A stretch of DNA of 64,000 nt from Paramoeba atlantica (taxonomy: Eukaryota; Protista; Discosea). The translations under genes were made by a program, and so were the position numbers. The stretch lies in contig CDRNVI010000045.1 in NCBI GenBank assembly GCA_977017575.1, positions 186,001 through 250,000 on the forward strand. Reading direction: 5' to 3'. How positions within the stretch are numbered: position 1 is the first letter of the stretch; each line of letters begins with the position of its first letter. The notes under the pieces are model-generated. The model did not search any database and was not told the DNA's origin. It worked only from the letters and a program-made list of their open reading frames with translations. This document shows positions 1 through 10,852 of the stretch, piece by piece.

Positions 1-905
1 GAGCACAAGGCTGCCCGATTACAACTTGCTGATTACTTCGATGGATCGAGTCCAGATCAGCTGTCCCGTGTGGTATGGTGTGACGAGAAGATTTTCCGAT
101 GTGGTTCACATGGGAAAAAAATCACATATCTTGCAAAAATCACTGACCCCCCCAAGGAAACACCAGTAGAAATGGATAGGTGGTACGGGGGGAAGGGAGT
201 GCATGTATTCATGGCAACCAGTCTGCGTTGGGAAGTACCCGATGCGTGTTTCCACGAGTTTTCCCAGAATGAAACCGTAACAAACGAAGTTTTTCTGAGA
301 ACAATGAAGAAGCGAAATGGGTTTTTTAACTGGATGCATCGGCGGCCGGGGGCTGCTGTTGTCCTTGACAATGCGCCAGGGCACGGGGCAGCCCGGAGAA
401 TAGGTAAGCTGGAAGGAATTAAAATTATTGACTGGCCTTCGAAATCTCCTGATCTCAATTTGATTGAGAATTTGTGGAGTATGGTGGATAAGTACATCCA
501 CACCCATCTTCGTCCGAAAAATCGAACGGAATTGCAAGCTGCTATTCCTAAGGCGAAGGACTACTTGTTGGCAGAGTGTCACGAGGCGTATGTGAACACG
601 TTACAGAGTCTTCCTACACGCCTCGCTACTCTACGTGAGCGTGGAGGTGGTAATACTGGATATTAAGACTTCGTTTCTACCGCGAAAGGCCAAAAATTAC
701 TATTTTGCGCTCTTTTTTCAATTTGCAAAATCTCAAAATTTTCAGTTTTTCGACCCATGGGAAAGGCTTGCTTTCATCAGTTTTTGTATTCTAAATAGCG
801 TAGACACGATATTCAGAACGAGATCTCTCGTTTGCAACAAAAATTATCTCAAACGGCCTCACGAGGCTAAAATGCGAAGCTAGTCAGTTTTCGTGGCCCC
901 CCCTG
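1..905 (+). mobile_element. Right part of a Tc1-like DNA transposon
   Basis: Transposase followed by terminal CCCCCCTG then TA at 906-907; the same terminus occurs on the TA-flanked element at 39419-40175. Confidence 0.7.
70..666 (+). CDS. Tc1/mariner-superfamily DDE transposase (catalytic domain, DD32E spacing)
   Basis: Motifs VWCDE, LDNAPGH and WPSKSPDLNLIENLW; 32 residues counted between the second D and the E. Confidence 0.9.
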   Translation: MVWCDEKIFRCGSHGKKITYLAKITDPPKETPVEMDRWYGGKGVHVFMATSLRWEVPDACFHEFSQNETVTNEVFLRTMKKRNGFFNWMHRRPGAAVVLDNAPGHGAARRIGKLEGIKIIDWPSKSPDLNLIENLWSMVDKYIHTHLRPKNRTELQAAIPKAKDYLLAECHEAYVNTLQSLPTRLATLRERGGGNTGY

Positions 906-947
906 TATGCCTTTTCTGAACACTGGTCCAGTTTAAAATTCTTACGC

Positions 948-1150
948 ATGTTTGTCGACAACACAAGCGTAGAGTCTGCCTTGCGCAAAAGGTGGGCAGA
1001 GTCGTATAACATATCTGAAGTTTTGGGACGAGTGCTCTCATACCTAAATGCGCACCACATTACGATATTTCCTGAGTACGTGACAACCAAAGATAATCAA
1101 GCGGATGCCTGGAGCAGAAACCGCTACGATACTTGGCGGTATGGTGGTAT
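948..1150 (+). pseudogene. DIRS-type RNase H C-terminal fragment
   Basis: FVDNTSVESAL and EYVTTKDNQADAWSR match the DN and YVxTxxNxADxxSR motifs of DIRS RNase H. Confidence 0.7.
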
Positions 1151-1161
1151 TCATGAACTCG

Positions 1162-1265
1162 CAACTGTGAGCGAAGCCCACTTCTGGAGGCAAAAGCCCC
1201 CTTTTGCGAGCAAGGCCCAACTGTGACCGTAGCCCTGGGACATAATAATATTCTTTGGCGACCCG
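1162..1265 (+). repeat. Dispersed ~105-bp repeat, second copy at 60803-60906
   Basis: CAACTGTGAGCG...GCGAGCAAGGCCCAACTGTG...TTTGGCGACCCG is nearly identical at both places. Confidence 0.85.
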
Positions 1266-1469
1266 AAGTGTAGAACACTTCGTTGAGTACTCAACGACCT
1301 GTTGTACACTTCACTGAGTACTCAACGAACCCGGGACGTACCCGGTATTTTATTTACTCCTGGCAGTCTGCATTCTTGGATTTCGAGAATATCAACACCT
1401 GCAGTTTCCGCAAGATCAGCTGTCTCAAGCGCGTGCGCTTTCCATGTTTCCGCGAGGTCTCCTAACTTT

Positions 1470-2810
1470 CCAGTCACCTAACTTTCGGTCCACGCTTCGT
1501 CCTATCCTCTGAAGGGGTCCAACAGGGAGACCCGCTCGGACCCCTTTTGTTCTCGCTTGTTAGGCGAGAAATGGCTACGGAAATAATGGCAGGGGCACCC
1601 GACCTTCAGCTTAATTTTTGGTATCTTGATGATGGTGTCCTGGCAGGCAAGGCCTCTGACGTGCGCCATGCTATAGACATCATCGAAATCGGAGGTCCGA
1701 AATGGGGACTCAATCTCAATCCCTCAAAGTGCGAAATAATCACTCACCCGTCCTCATCCCAGCAAGTCTCCCACTTTCCTGACATTCCAGGACTGAACAT
1801 CAACACAGAGGGCAATCTGAGCATCCTGGGAAGCCCGATCGGATCGAACGCATACCGTCGCCAGTTCTTCATCGACGGCGCGATCTCGCAGGCACAGGAG
1901 TCCCTCGAAGCGATCGAGAAACTGGAGGACCCCCAGGTCGCCCTGTCTTTCATCAGGCAGTGCACAGGGTTCTGCCAGATGGTGTACTCCCTGCGCACGA
2001 CACCAACGGAAGAACTCATGGATCTATGCCGAAGACTCGACAACGCCGTTCAGCGTGCATTGGAAAACTTCTTTTGCCCACAAAGTGATATGGCACGATG
2101 GCAAGTGCAAACGGATAAACGGTTCGGCGGTCTCGGCCTTCGCTCTGCGGAGATGCACGCCACCTCTGCATATGTGGCTTCAGTGGCATTCGCGTCGAAT
2201 AAGGACCGATGGGATGCGACTGAGGCTGAGGGCTTCTCTTCCGCTGCGGAAGACATCAACCGTCGCGTAGGGGGTTACCTGGTGGACACATCTACGGGAA
2301 AAATCCCCAAAGAATCAATCGTAAAGTCGTGCCCTTTTGCGCCCTCTGTGTATATGGACTTATCGCAAGAGTTGGCCGTTTCCCGACAACGCGACTTAAG
2401 TCACGCAATCTCCGCCAGAGAATTCGATAACTCCTACGCTTCTGCGGATCCCCGCAGGTGGCGCCAGGTGGATCTCCCAATCGGGGGAAGGGGCCTCAAA
2501 CTGGGCTTTCACGATCCCCTCAGCTCTCTGCGGTCACGCGTACACCGCCACGGAGTTCCGGACTCTGATTCGGTGGTGGCTCGGGGAAAACATCTATCCT
2601 GAAGGCCGTAATTGCCCGGTCCCAAACTGTCGCCTACCGCTCGGCCCCGAAGGCGACCACGCTTTAGCCTGCAAGTGTGGCCACGGGATAATCACCAGAC
2701 ATAATACCCTCGCCGAACAGTTCTCCGCGGAATGCACTAAGGCCGGGCTGTCTCCTCAGCGAGAAGTCTCTTTAGGAAACAGGGGCCCCGGTGGCGCCCT
2801 AACAAGGGCT
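1470..2810 (+). pseudogene. CRE-clade non-LTR retrotransposon fragment (RT C-half to start of RLE)
   Basis: EGVQQGDPLGPLLFSL just upstream of ORF 1547, WYLDDG, KRFGGLGL, then a frameshifted Zn-knuckle/RHN region; paralogous to 48062-52085. Confidence 0.9.
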
Positions 2811-3031
2811 GCAGTACACTCATCTAGACCTTCGCCCAAAATTTTATACACAAATTTTTTTGTTCTACCACTGGAGTATGTACATCGCCTGTGACGGATC
2901 TATTGAAATGCAGAACAAATACGTTTCTGTTCTAAATGTGTAGTAATGAAAAAAACAGGCATATCTTTCCAAAATGTTCGAACTAAATAGGGGTATAAAA
3001 TTTTGGGCGAAGGTCTAGATGAGTGTACTGC
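2811..3031. mobile_element. MITE-like element with 39-bp terminal inverted repeats
   Basis: GCAGTACACTCATCTAGACCTTCGCCCAAAATTTTATAC at 2811 is the reverse complement of 2993-3031; the interior is AT-rich and non-coding; it truncates the CRE fragment. Confidence 0.75.
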
Positions 3032-4499
3032 CCAAGGTACCATTGTGTGGTGGCCTGATAGTGCTGCCTATCACTCAATGGTACGAGTAAGATTGTCCTG
3101 CTTCAAGGGACCACGAATACTGAACTGTTCGTTGATTTTTCATACGCTAATAATGAAGAATAATGCCACACAATGCCCTTTGCCGCTCAAAATGAGTGGA
3201 TTACATGGGGGTCTGAATTCGCCAGAGATGAACGGGGGAGGAGAGCTCGCGTCGCAAGTTGACGAAGATCTTCTCTGTTAATGAGATTTACACGATTTTA
3301 GAATGTACAGCCCATTAGGCGCACCTCGGAGCCCCAGAACACATACAGAGAACATCCAAAAAGAACAATTGCGAGTCGCGCAACTCGATTCACAGGTGTT
3401 CTGGAGCTCTAAAGTTAGGTCAAATGGGAATGAGCAAGCATACCACAAGGTTAAGCCATTCCTTGGTCGACAGCATGCGTAGGCGCATATAGACATCAAT
3501 CAAGGCACAAGAAAGAGTTCCGCTAGTATTCATTTGAAGGTACATACTTCGTTTTTATGCATCAGTAAGTTGTGTTTTTCGCCTAAAAAATCTTACCTCG
3601 AAATTGCAAAAAAACTGTTCACATGTTTTTCTTTACTTGCATACGATCACACTTTTGTTACAAAGCCGATTGAGTCGGAAGCTCTATGGCAACATATACC
3701 TAGTACCCACGCGTACACTACTCTGATATACTACTTCAATGCACACGACACCTGGCCACAGGGAAACACCAACAACAAAAAAGTGTCAAACATGTGAACA
3801 GTTTTTTTGCATACTGTATACCCCATCTCTTCGTTACTATGATTGCTGTATTGACCGTTTTTTGTAGTTCTTCCTCTTTGTCAGACCATAGGACCAGGTC
3901 GTCCGAGGGTATCTGTGTCGCTAACTGTTTCACCTAAGTGTTTTTTTCCTCTCGATATTCGCCATTGAAACTTTACTCCTATCGGACCGTATTGCAAAGT
4001 TTTCCTCATTACAGCATCCACAGTAGCATTGAATAATTCTTTTTCTCTGTTTTAATTTTCATTGTTTTTCAGCGGCATAATTTACATACAATTGCTAGTT
4101 TTGGGCTCACCAAAAAAAACGTTTTTCTATTGGCTTCATTTAGTTTCAGGAAGTTTCGAAGGTCTGGCGCGATTATTAATGGATACGGAATCGAAGAGTA
4201 ATGTTCATGCGAAATGGGTTTTCTACTCGCGAGCTCAACCGGTACGAGCTGGGATTTAATTATGGGGGGTAGGGCACAGTGTGGGGGTAGGAAAACCCCC
4301 CGGGTATTTTTACCTTCCGGGTGTCACTTTTTCACTGCATTTCTCTTCAGGGAGGCGGCTTCGTGGGGGGAAATTGTTTGCTAGTTTGGGGTGGGCTGAT
4401 TGCTTTTAGAAGGAGGAAAAACTAAGAAAAAAAAGATATTTTATCTATAAAAGGATTTTCTATAGACGCAAATAAGCAAAAAAAAAATCACCAGACCAA

Positions 4500-6810
4500 G
4501 TGTACAACACCGTCTCGAAGTGGGGCAAAGGTACGGAGTGTGTGATTGAGTGGGGTTTTCGACAGCGCGAAGCAAACTACACATCAAAGGGCACTGTCGT
4601 TGGTAGAATTGCGCGCAAATCAAATATCAAAATAAAAATTTCTTACGAGCCAGCTCCTGGACATGACGGGCCACGTGGTTTCCTTCATCTTCCACAATCG
4701 AACAGGATTCGCATATGCAGTCTCCACGCTACGAAGTTGATTAAAATCGAGACGGCTACACCAAGTTTAGACGATCATGCGGAGATCATTTCATGTGATG
4801 ATGAAGAAAGTGATCTGAATCCCCTTCCGCACATGTCCCAAATAGACCCCTCATTCGCAGTCCACGTAGTAGCAATTTTTCGCGCAATCATACGCGGATA
4901 TGCGAATGCTGAGCTCGATTCCGAAAAAGCAGCAATATGGCACAAATTTCTAAATGCTCCACGAGACTCACTTGCCACCGTCCGTGAAATATCCCGAAGA
5001 AAGCAACGAGCAGGACATGTGCGTAAGAGCAACGAGCTCTCCGAAGTTTGCAATCTCAGCGCAGAGCAACGGGCAGAACTAGAGATTGATCGACGCTCAA
5101 TCCGGAACGCTTTGCAGACAGCGCGAGCAAGTAATTTAGGGAAAGCTACACGAATTCTCGACAACTTGTACAAGGACCCCTGATGAAAAAGTCAAGAAAC
5201 TACGCGAGTTGCATCCTGAAGGCAATGCCATACAAATCCCTGAAGCAGATTTTCCACGTATTGGAATTGTCGAGAAGTCAGAGATTCGCCAAGCAACTGA
5301 AAAACTATCCAGAGGAGCCTCACCGGGACCAACGGGACTTAGTGAAAGCATGTTGCGACTAATAGTTGATCACGAAGAATCATGCCTTTCACTCTGCCAT
5401 ATGATTCGAGATGTCCTCAATGGCGATATTCCCCTAAGCGTGCGTAAGCGACTCACTCGTTGTAGGATAATTGCGCTGGCAAAGCCCCAGAATGGGATAC
5501 GACCGATTGCGATGGGAGACACTATTCTGAAGATCTGCGGTTCCATCGTACTCCAAAGACACGAATGCGCTTTGAAAAAGTTCTTTTCTCCAATTCAACG
5601 AGGCATCCTGCAAAAAAAGCGCCTGCGAATCCATAGTCCACGAACTTTTGAATGAATATGAGGAGGGACATGCATTGCTTACGGTAGACTTTCGGAACGC
5701 GTACAACACCCCACAGCGCAACGCTATCGCTCAAGCACTCCTAAGAGATCCCATTTTCAAGCCCTTTATGCGCCTATTCTACTTGGAATATGGGATGCCC
5801 TCTGAATTGCTGTTCTTCGCCAACAATGCGCTACATGCTACCATTAAAAGCTCATCTGGAATTCGTCAAGGTTCTGCACTTTCCTCCATGTACTTTTGTG
5901 CTCTTCTACAGGGCCCGCTCAAAGAAGTCTCGACCCTCTACCCCGAAGTTAAAATTAGAGCGTACCAGGATGACGTGACTCTGAGTCCCAAGAATGCACA
6001 ATCACTGGAAGCAGCATTTCTGTACTTGCGAGAGGTTACTGAAGAATTCAACCTGCACATCAACTTCTCGAAGTGCGAGTGGTTCCAGAAGGATGTTCCC
6101 AACGCTGACCAGCCACTTCCCTTAGAAAAGCTGGGCGTAAGCTTTTGCACGGACGCAATCAAGATTTTAGGAGCCTACATTGGAAATGATCAAGTGGTGG
6201 AAAACCTGCTCATCAAGAAGATGGAGAAACATAAATGTCTTTTCCGCCGGCTGCTGCTTATGGGCCCTAGTAATCTCTCACTTGCAATCTTACGCCGTTG
6301 TACGATTCCTCGACATGATTATCATTTAAGAGTACATCGCCCAGGAGCTACATTTCATTTCGCACAATCGTTTGAGGATCAAGTGAACAAGGTCTTGGAA
6401 AAATGGTGTGGCGCAGACGCACAGGCCCTTAAACTCGCGGCACTTCCACAGAAACTTGGTGGCTTAGGCCTGATTTCCTCGTCTCTAAAGCAAAAATATT
6501 TCTTTGAAACCGCTAATAGATCTATTGAAGAGCAACCTAAACCCAATAACGCTCCGGTAGATCTCAACGGCGGCGACAAAGCTCAGAAGAAAGCACAGAG
6601 TCGCGGAGAAGTACGTTTCGGAGAAAGGCGTTGAAAGTGATTTTTTTCGTTGTCTGGCTGCATCAGATTGTGGCCTCTTACACAATGATACGAAAATGCT
6701 GCTGAAGTCACTAGCACAGCGGGCAAACCTCAAGTTTGAAAATGTGAAAGAGGCTTTCCAATTGGAAATAGAGAAATTATCTGCATACACGGTGGTTTCT
6801 CAGCTCCGAG
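4500..6810 (+). pseudogene. Divergent CRE/SLACS-like retrotransposon (family B), frameshifted RT
   Basis: GASPGPTG, ALAKPQNGIRPIAMG, VDFRNAYN, GIRQGSALS, AYQDD and LGGLGL spread over ORFs 4500, 5209 and 5648. Confidence 0.85.
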
Positions 6811-7399
6811 ACTACATTCCCGAGACGAATTGGGTAGGTGGAATACATCAATAAAGATGCACTAAGCCGATTCACAGTACTGCAGAAAACGAAATATCTA
6901 CGACAAATTGTTTTTAATCAAATATTGTATGCAATTGTCTTCTAACCCTCCCCTCGGAGAGTCGTCGACGCTTATGAAACATGGCACTGCCCGGTACCGA
7001 ATATAACAAGGTACTAAATAACTAGGGTGAGTACCTTTATGGTTGCTTTCTTTTGTTTTACTTGAGGTCTGTGCTTGTGCTGTGCGTTTTTTATCAAAAT
7101 CGCTCGAATATCCGTTCTGCCTGGTTATTGATTGTATCAATGCTTTTTCTCTTCACACATTCTGCTATATGGATCTGCAGGATTTTCTTTTGATGCAATA
7201 TACAAATGTATTCTGCCTGTACTGCAATCCTTTGATGCTTCAATGGCGCCTCATGTACGGCTCTGCGGTGCTTGGAGTAGTTATCCCGAAGTACCATTTC
7301 GCCATTATGGTGGCGCAAAGACGGATTAACCTCTTAAATCGATTCCCCGGTATCGCAAACAAGGAAGTTGATTTGCCCATGAAAATTCGGGCAAAGCTG

Positions 7400-7839
7400 G
7401 GCGAATGGAGCATCGAATTGGTATACAATAGGCCTCGAGAGGCTTTGCCGCACCCGGACTTTGCACCGCACAAAAACAAGCTTTATACCGATGCGTCGGG
7501 GAAGGGCTGGGGAGACATATTGTATTTGGATACCGGTGAAGTATCCATTGTAGTTGGGGGCCCAACTGGCGATGCGAAGTCAACAAGGCTGAGGCGATGA
7601 CGGTTCGTCTCTCATTAGAAAAATTTCAAGCGAAGCTGGAACGAGGGAGCTGCCTCGAACTTTGGATTGACAACACTTCTTGTGAGGCTGCTATTAACCG
7701 CAGAATGTGTAAATCAGCCGGCATCGCTGAGGAGTTAACGAAGGTACTGCAGAGGGCCGAAAAGCGCGGGATCTGCATCCGAGCGCAATACGTTTCAATT
7801 AGGGATAATCCTGCTGACCCTATAAGCAGAGGTGTGTGA
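7400..7839 (+). pseudogene. DIRS-type RNase H fragment
   Basis: LYTDASGKGWG, LWIDNTS and YVSIRDNPADPISRG across two frames. Confidence 0.8.
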
Positions 7840-8896
7840 CCAGTCATCCGCACCTTTTGGTTTTCTCAAAATATTTGATACGAGCGAACGGGCGGTATAC
7901 GCGTGAGCGGGTTTGGAGGCTGCGGGGTGTGGAGGGCTATGCCCCTTCACTTCGTACTACATGTATTTATATTCTACAGTACTTTATAGCGCGCAAGGCC
8001 TCTTTCTTCATTCTAGAGATATTTAGGTGCATTAGAACTTCAAACTGATTAATATGAATTATATTTTCATCTTTTTATATTGAATACTTATTCTTTTTAT
8101 ATAGCTTTGACGTTTCATATAATGTTGCAGTGAGCCCTCGCCGTGAATTTCTAATAGTTTACGAGATGAAATTTAGGCGAGGGTCATTTACTTTTATGGG
8201 CTGGCCCTTCGGGGCACTTAAGTATATGAACTTAAGATTTGACCCTTTGGGGCACTTTAGTCTATTATATTGTATCCTTATAAGTTCTTCTGGTGAAAGT
8301 GAAGCATTATTGCGCCAAAAAAATATATTTTTATTTTTTTCAAATATTGGTTTAAAACAAGTATGTTTTCTTTTAGAGTGTGTCAGATTATTAAAAAATA
8401 CAAACTTTTTTCTCGGTTTATCATTATGAACTGCGCACAACAACACAATTAATTAAGTTGTCTGCTAGAAGCCGAACCGTAACGCGCACTGATTGCTGGC
8501 GAGCGAGTCGCTCGCTGGGAAACGACTTGCGACGTGAGACAGTTAATCATCGACGATCTTTGGTGCACACCAACACTGTTGACCGCATGAATGAGATGCT
8601 CAAGAAGTCAGTACGGTCCCGTGGGAATGGGGCACTTGGGTGCTTTGATGAAGAAAGAAAAGATCGACCAAAGTTCAGCGGAGAAGTCGTCAATGGTCTG
8701 AAGATCGTAAATAGCGAGGGAAATCCTTTAAAACAGCTGAGCGAAGATCTCTAATTTGACATCTAGTCGATATACTACTAGTATGACACAGGTGTCACTA
8801 TGACTACTGTATACAGTGTGTAGGACTTATATACACTCTACACCAGTGTAGGACACATCTCGGGCAAAGTTTCGATTTAGAACAAAGTGTGGCGAA

Positions 8897-9893
8897 TTGT
8901 TTGAGCTCAAGGTGATGCCTATGGGACATCGTTGCGCGCCGGAGGTCATGCATACCATCACGGCAACGATTGCGGGGGATCCGGAATTCTGTCTAGAAAG
9001 AGAGGCCTTTGCGGGAAGGTTTAAGGCGGACGTGTACGTGGATGGATTGCGGTATGCTGGGACGAAGGAACAAGTAGTTCAATATATTGATTTTATTGAG
9101 GATAGAGCTCAGAGAGTAGGGGCAACATTTAAAGATTCGGGCGCGGAGCCGATGAAAAATTATGTAATCAATGGGGTATTCTATTGCCATGAAGGAAAGG
9201 TAAAAATGGGACCCAAGATAGTCAAAAAAATGGCTCGAGATACTTTCCGATATACGACATATGCCAAGTTGGAGTCCGCCGTGGGACGTCTTATACATGC
9301 TTCGGCGGTATTAGGGGAACCAATACCGGACTATTACTTCCCTTTTAAAGGTTGTAAGACGTAGGGTAAATGCTTTGAATAACAACCCAGATTTGGCAAA
9401 CTTACGAGTCCCTCTCCCACCTTATACGGCTATTACTCTTACGCGGTGGAAGAACCGGTTGATATCTAATGTTCCGATCAAACCTCCGCCGCATCCCGAT
9501 ACGGTTCCTCATTCGCATGTTCTCTTCACGGATGCATCTTCTACTGGATGGGGAGGTATACTATACTTGGACTATGGTCAGGTGGTGTGTGTAGGCGATC
9601 GCTGGGAAGATGATTTCCCGTACGAAGTCAATCGAGCAGAGACGAGGGCCGTTCGTCTTGCGTTCGAACGCTTAGTACATCATTTCAAAACGGATACCTG
9701 TGTTGATCTATACGTGGATAATACTTCATGTTTGGCTGCGATACGAAAGAAGGCTACACAATCTGACGGTATTAATATAGAACTTAAACAATTATTGAAC
9801 ATAATTCGGAAACAAGGGATTGCAGTGAAACCACATTACGTATCTACGAAAGAATCCTATAAGCCGTCAATAGAATTTGCCCAGGGGGGATAA
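8897..9893 (+). pseudogene. DIRS/TATE-like RT and RNase H, split by a stop or frameshift
   Basis: FELKVMPMG and DVYVDG (RT); LFTDASSTGWGG, NRAETRA, YVDNTS and YVSTKE (RNase H). Confidence 0.85.
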
Positions 9894-9944
9894 CAAAAAA
9901 AAATCCCCCCCAACCCCAAAGAAACAAAAAAAAATCATATACCC

Positions 9945-10036
9945 CCCCCAATGGACCTTCATGGTTCATGTATTGGGTAATATAAAGGCAATGCCGCGTT
10001 TCATACTTCTCCCCCCTTATTAATCGCAAAAAAAAA
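9945..10036 (+). repeat. CRE-type 3' tail stub ending in an A-tract
   Basis: CCCCC.ATGGACC...GGCAATGCCGCGTTTCATACTTCTCCCCCCTTATTAATCGC(A)n also ends CRE copies near 47655-47757 and 59678-59775, and partly at 53765-53823. Confidence 0.75.
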
Positions 10037-10050
10037 GATGAAGATACAGT

Positions 10051-10082
10051 AACGATAATGATACAGTTTCTGTACCTTGTTG
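10051..10082 (+). other. Spliced-leader exon-like copy
   Basis: AACGATAATGATACAGTTTCTGTACCTTGTTG; the core GATACAGTTTCTGTAC and terminal TTG match kinetoplastid SL exons. Confidence 0.85.
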
Positions 10083-10812
10083 AATTATTTTTTCTCCTTT
10101 TCTTTCCTACAACATCTTCCGAACCATGGGAGGGCACCCCCCTCAAATTTTCTCTCTATTGTCGGCATCCCCCCTCCCTCTCTCGTCCCATCATTCCCCT
10201 GTGTCGTATCCCCCGACCTCTTCCTCCCGCCTCTGCGCGCTCGTTGTTCTTCTGTCTTTCTCTCTTGCGTCCCCCACCCCCGTGCCAGCAGCCCAAATTA
10301 TACTATACTTGCTCACGGGGTGGGGGCAGACCGATTGGGCTGCGGCGTTGTTTCCCCTCGTCTCCGCGTCCGTCCCGCCATGTCTCTCTTTTCGCTTTTC
10401 CCCCTTGGCGCGACGGCGTCTTTGCGCTTCGTCTCCTCCTTGTCTCCCACCCTCGTACAGCAACCTAAAGTATCTGATACTGCTAACGGGGTGGGAGCGG
10501 AGGTCACCTCCACGTCTCCCACCCTCGTACAGCAACACAAAGTATCTTATATTGCTAACGGGGTGGGAGCGGAGGCTCTGGACCGCATGGGCCCCCGCGC
10601 GGACGAGTCGGTCAGTGGGGTAGGGCGTAAGTGGAGGAAGGGAAGGAAGTGTGATGAGGGGCAGGAAGTGGGGGAAGGAAGGAAGTAGGGTGAAAGCTTT
10701 TTGGGTGAAGGATTGTAAGTGTGGAGAGTAGGAAAGTTGGAAAAGTAGATAAAAACATTAGACTCAATACTACTCCCCCCAATTATTTGCAAAAAAAAAG
10801 ACAAGAAAAAAA
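10083..10812 (+). mobile_element. Short non-autonomous SINE-like unit between two SL copies
   Basis: No credible protein; internal ~60-bp duplication at 10443-10570; its 3' end CATTAG..CAATACTACTCCCCCAATTATT.GC(A)n is shared with the CRE tail at 52688-52731. Confidence 0.6.
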
Positions 10813-10820
10813 GAAACTTT

Positions 10821-10852
10821 AACGATAAAGATACAGTTTCTGTACCTTGTTG
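10821..10852 (+). other. Spliced-leader exon-like copy
   Basis: AACGATAAAGATACAGTTTCTGTACCTTGTTG directly 5' of the 10881 ORF. Confidence 0.9.

Noticed and set aside
3606-3810. 23-bp inverted repeat pair as a MITE
   Set aside because: No TSD, defined ends or second copy visible.
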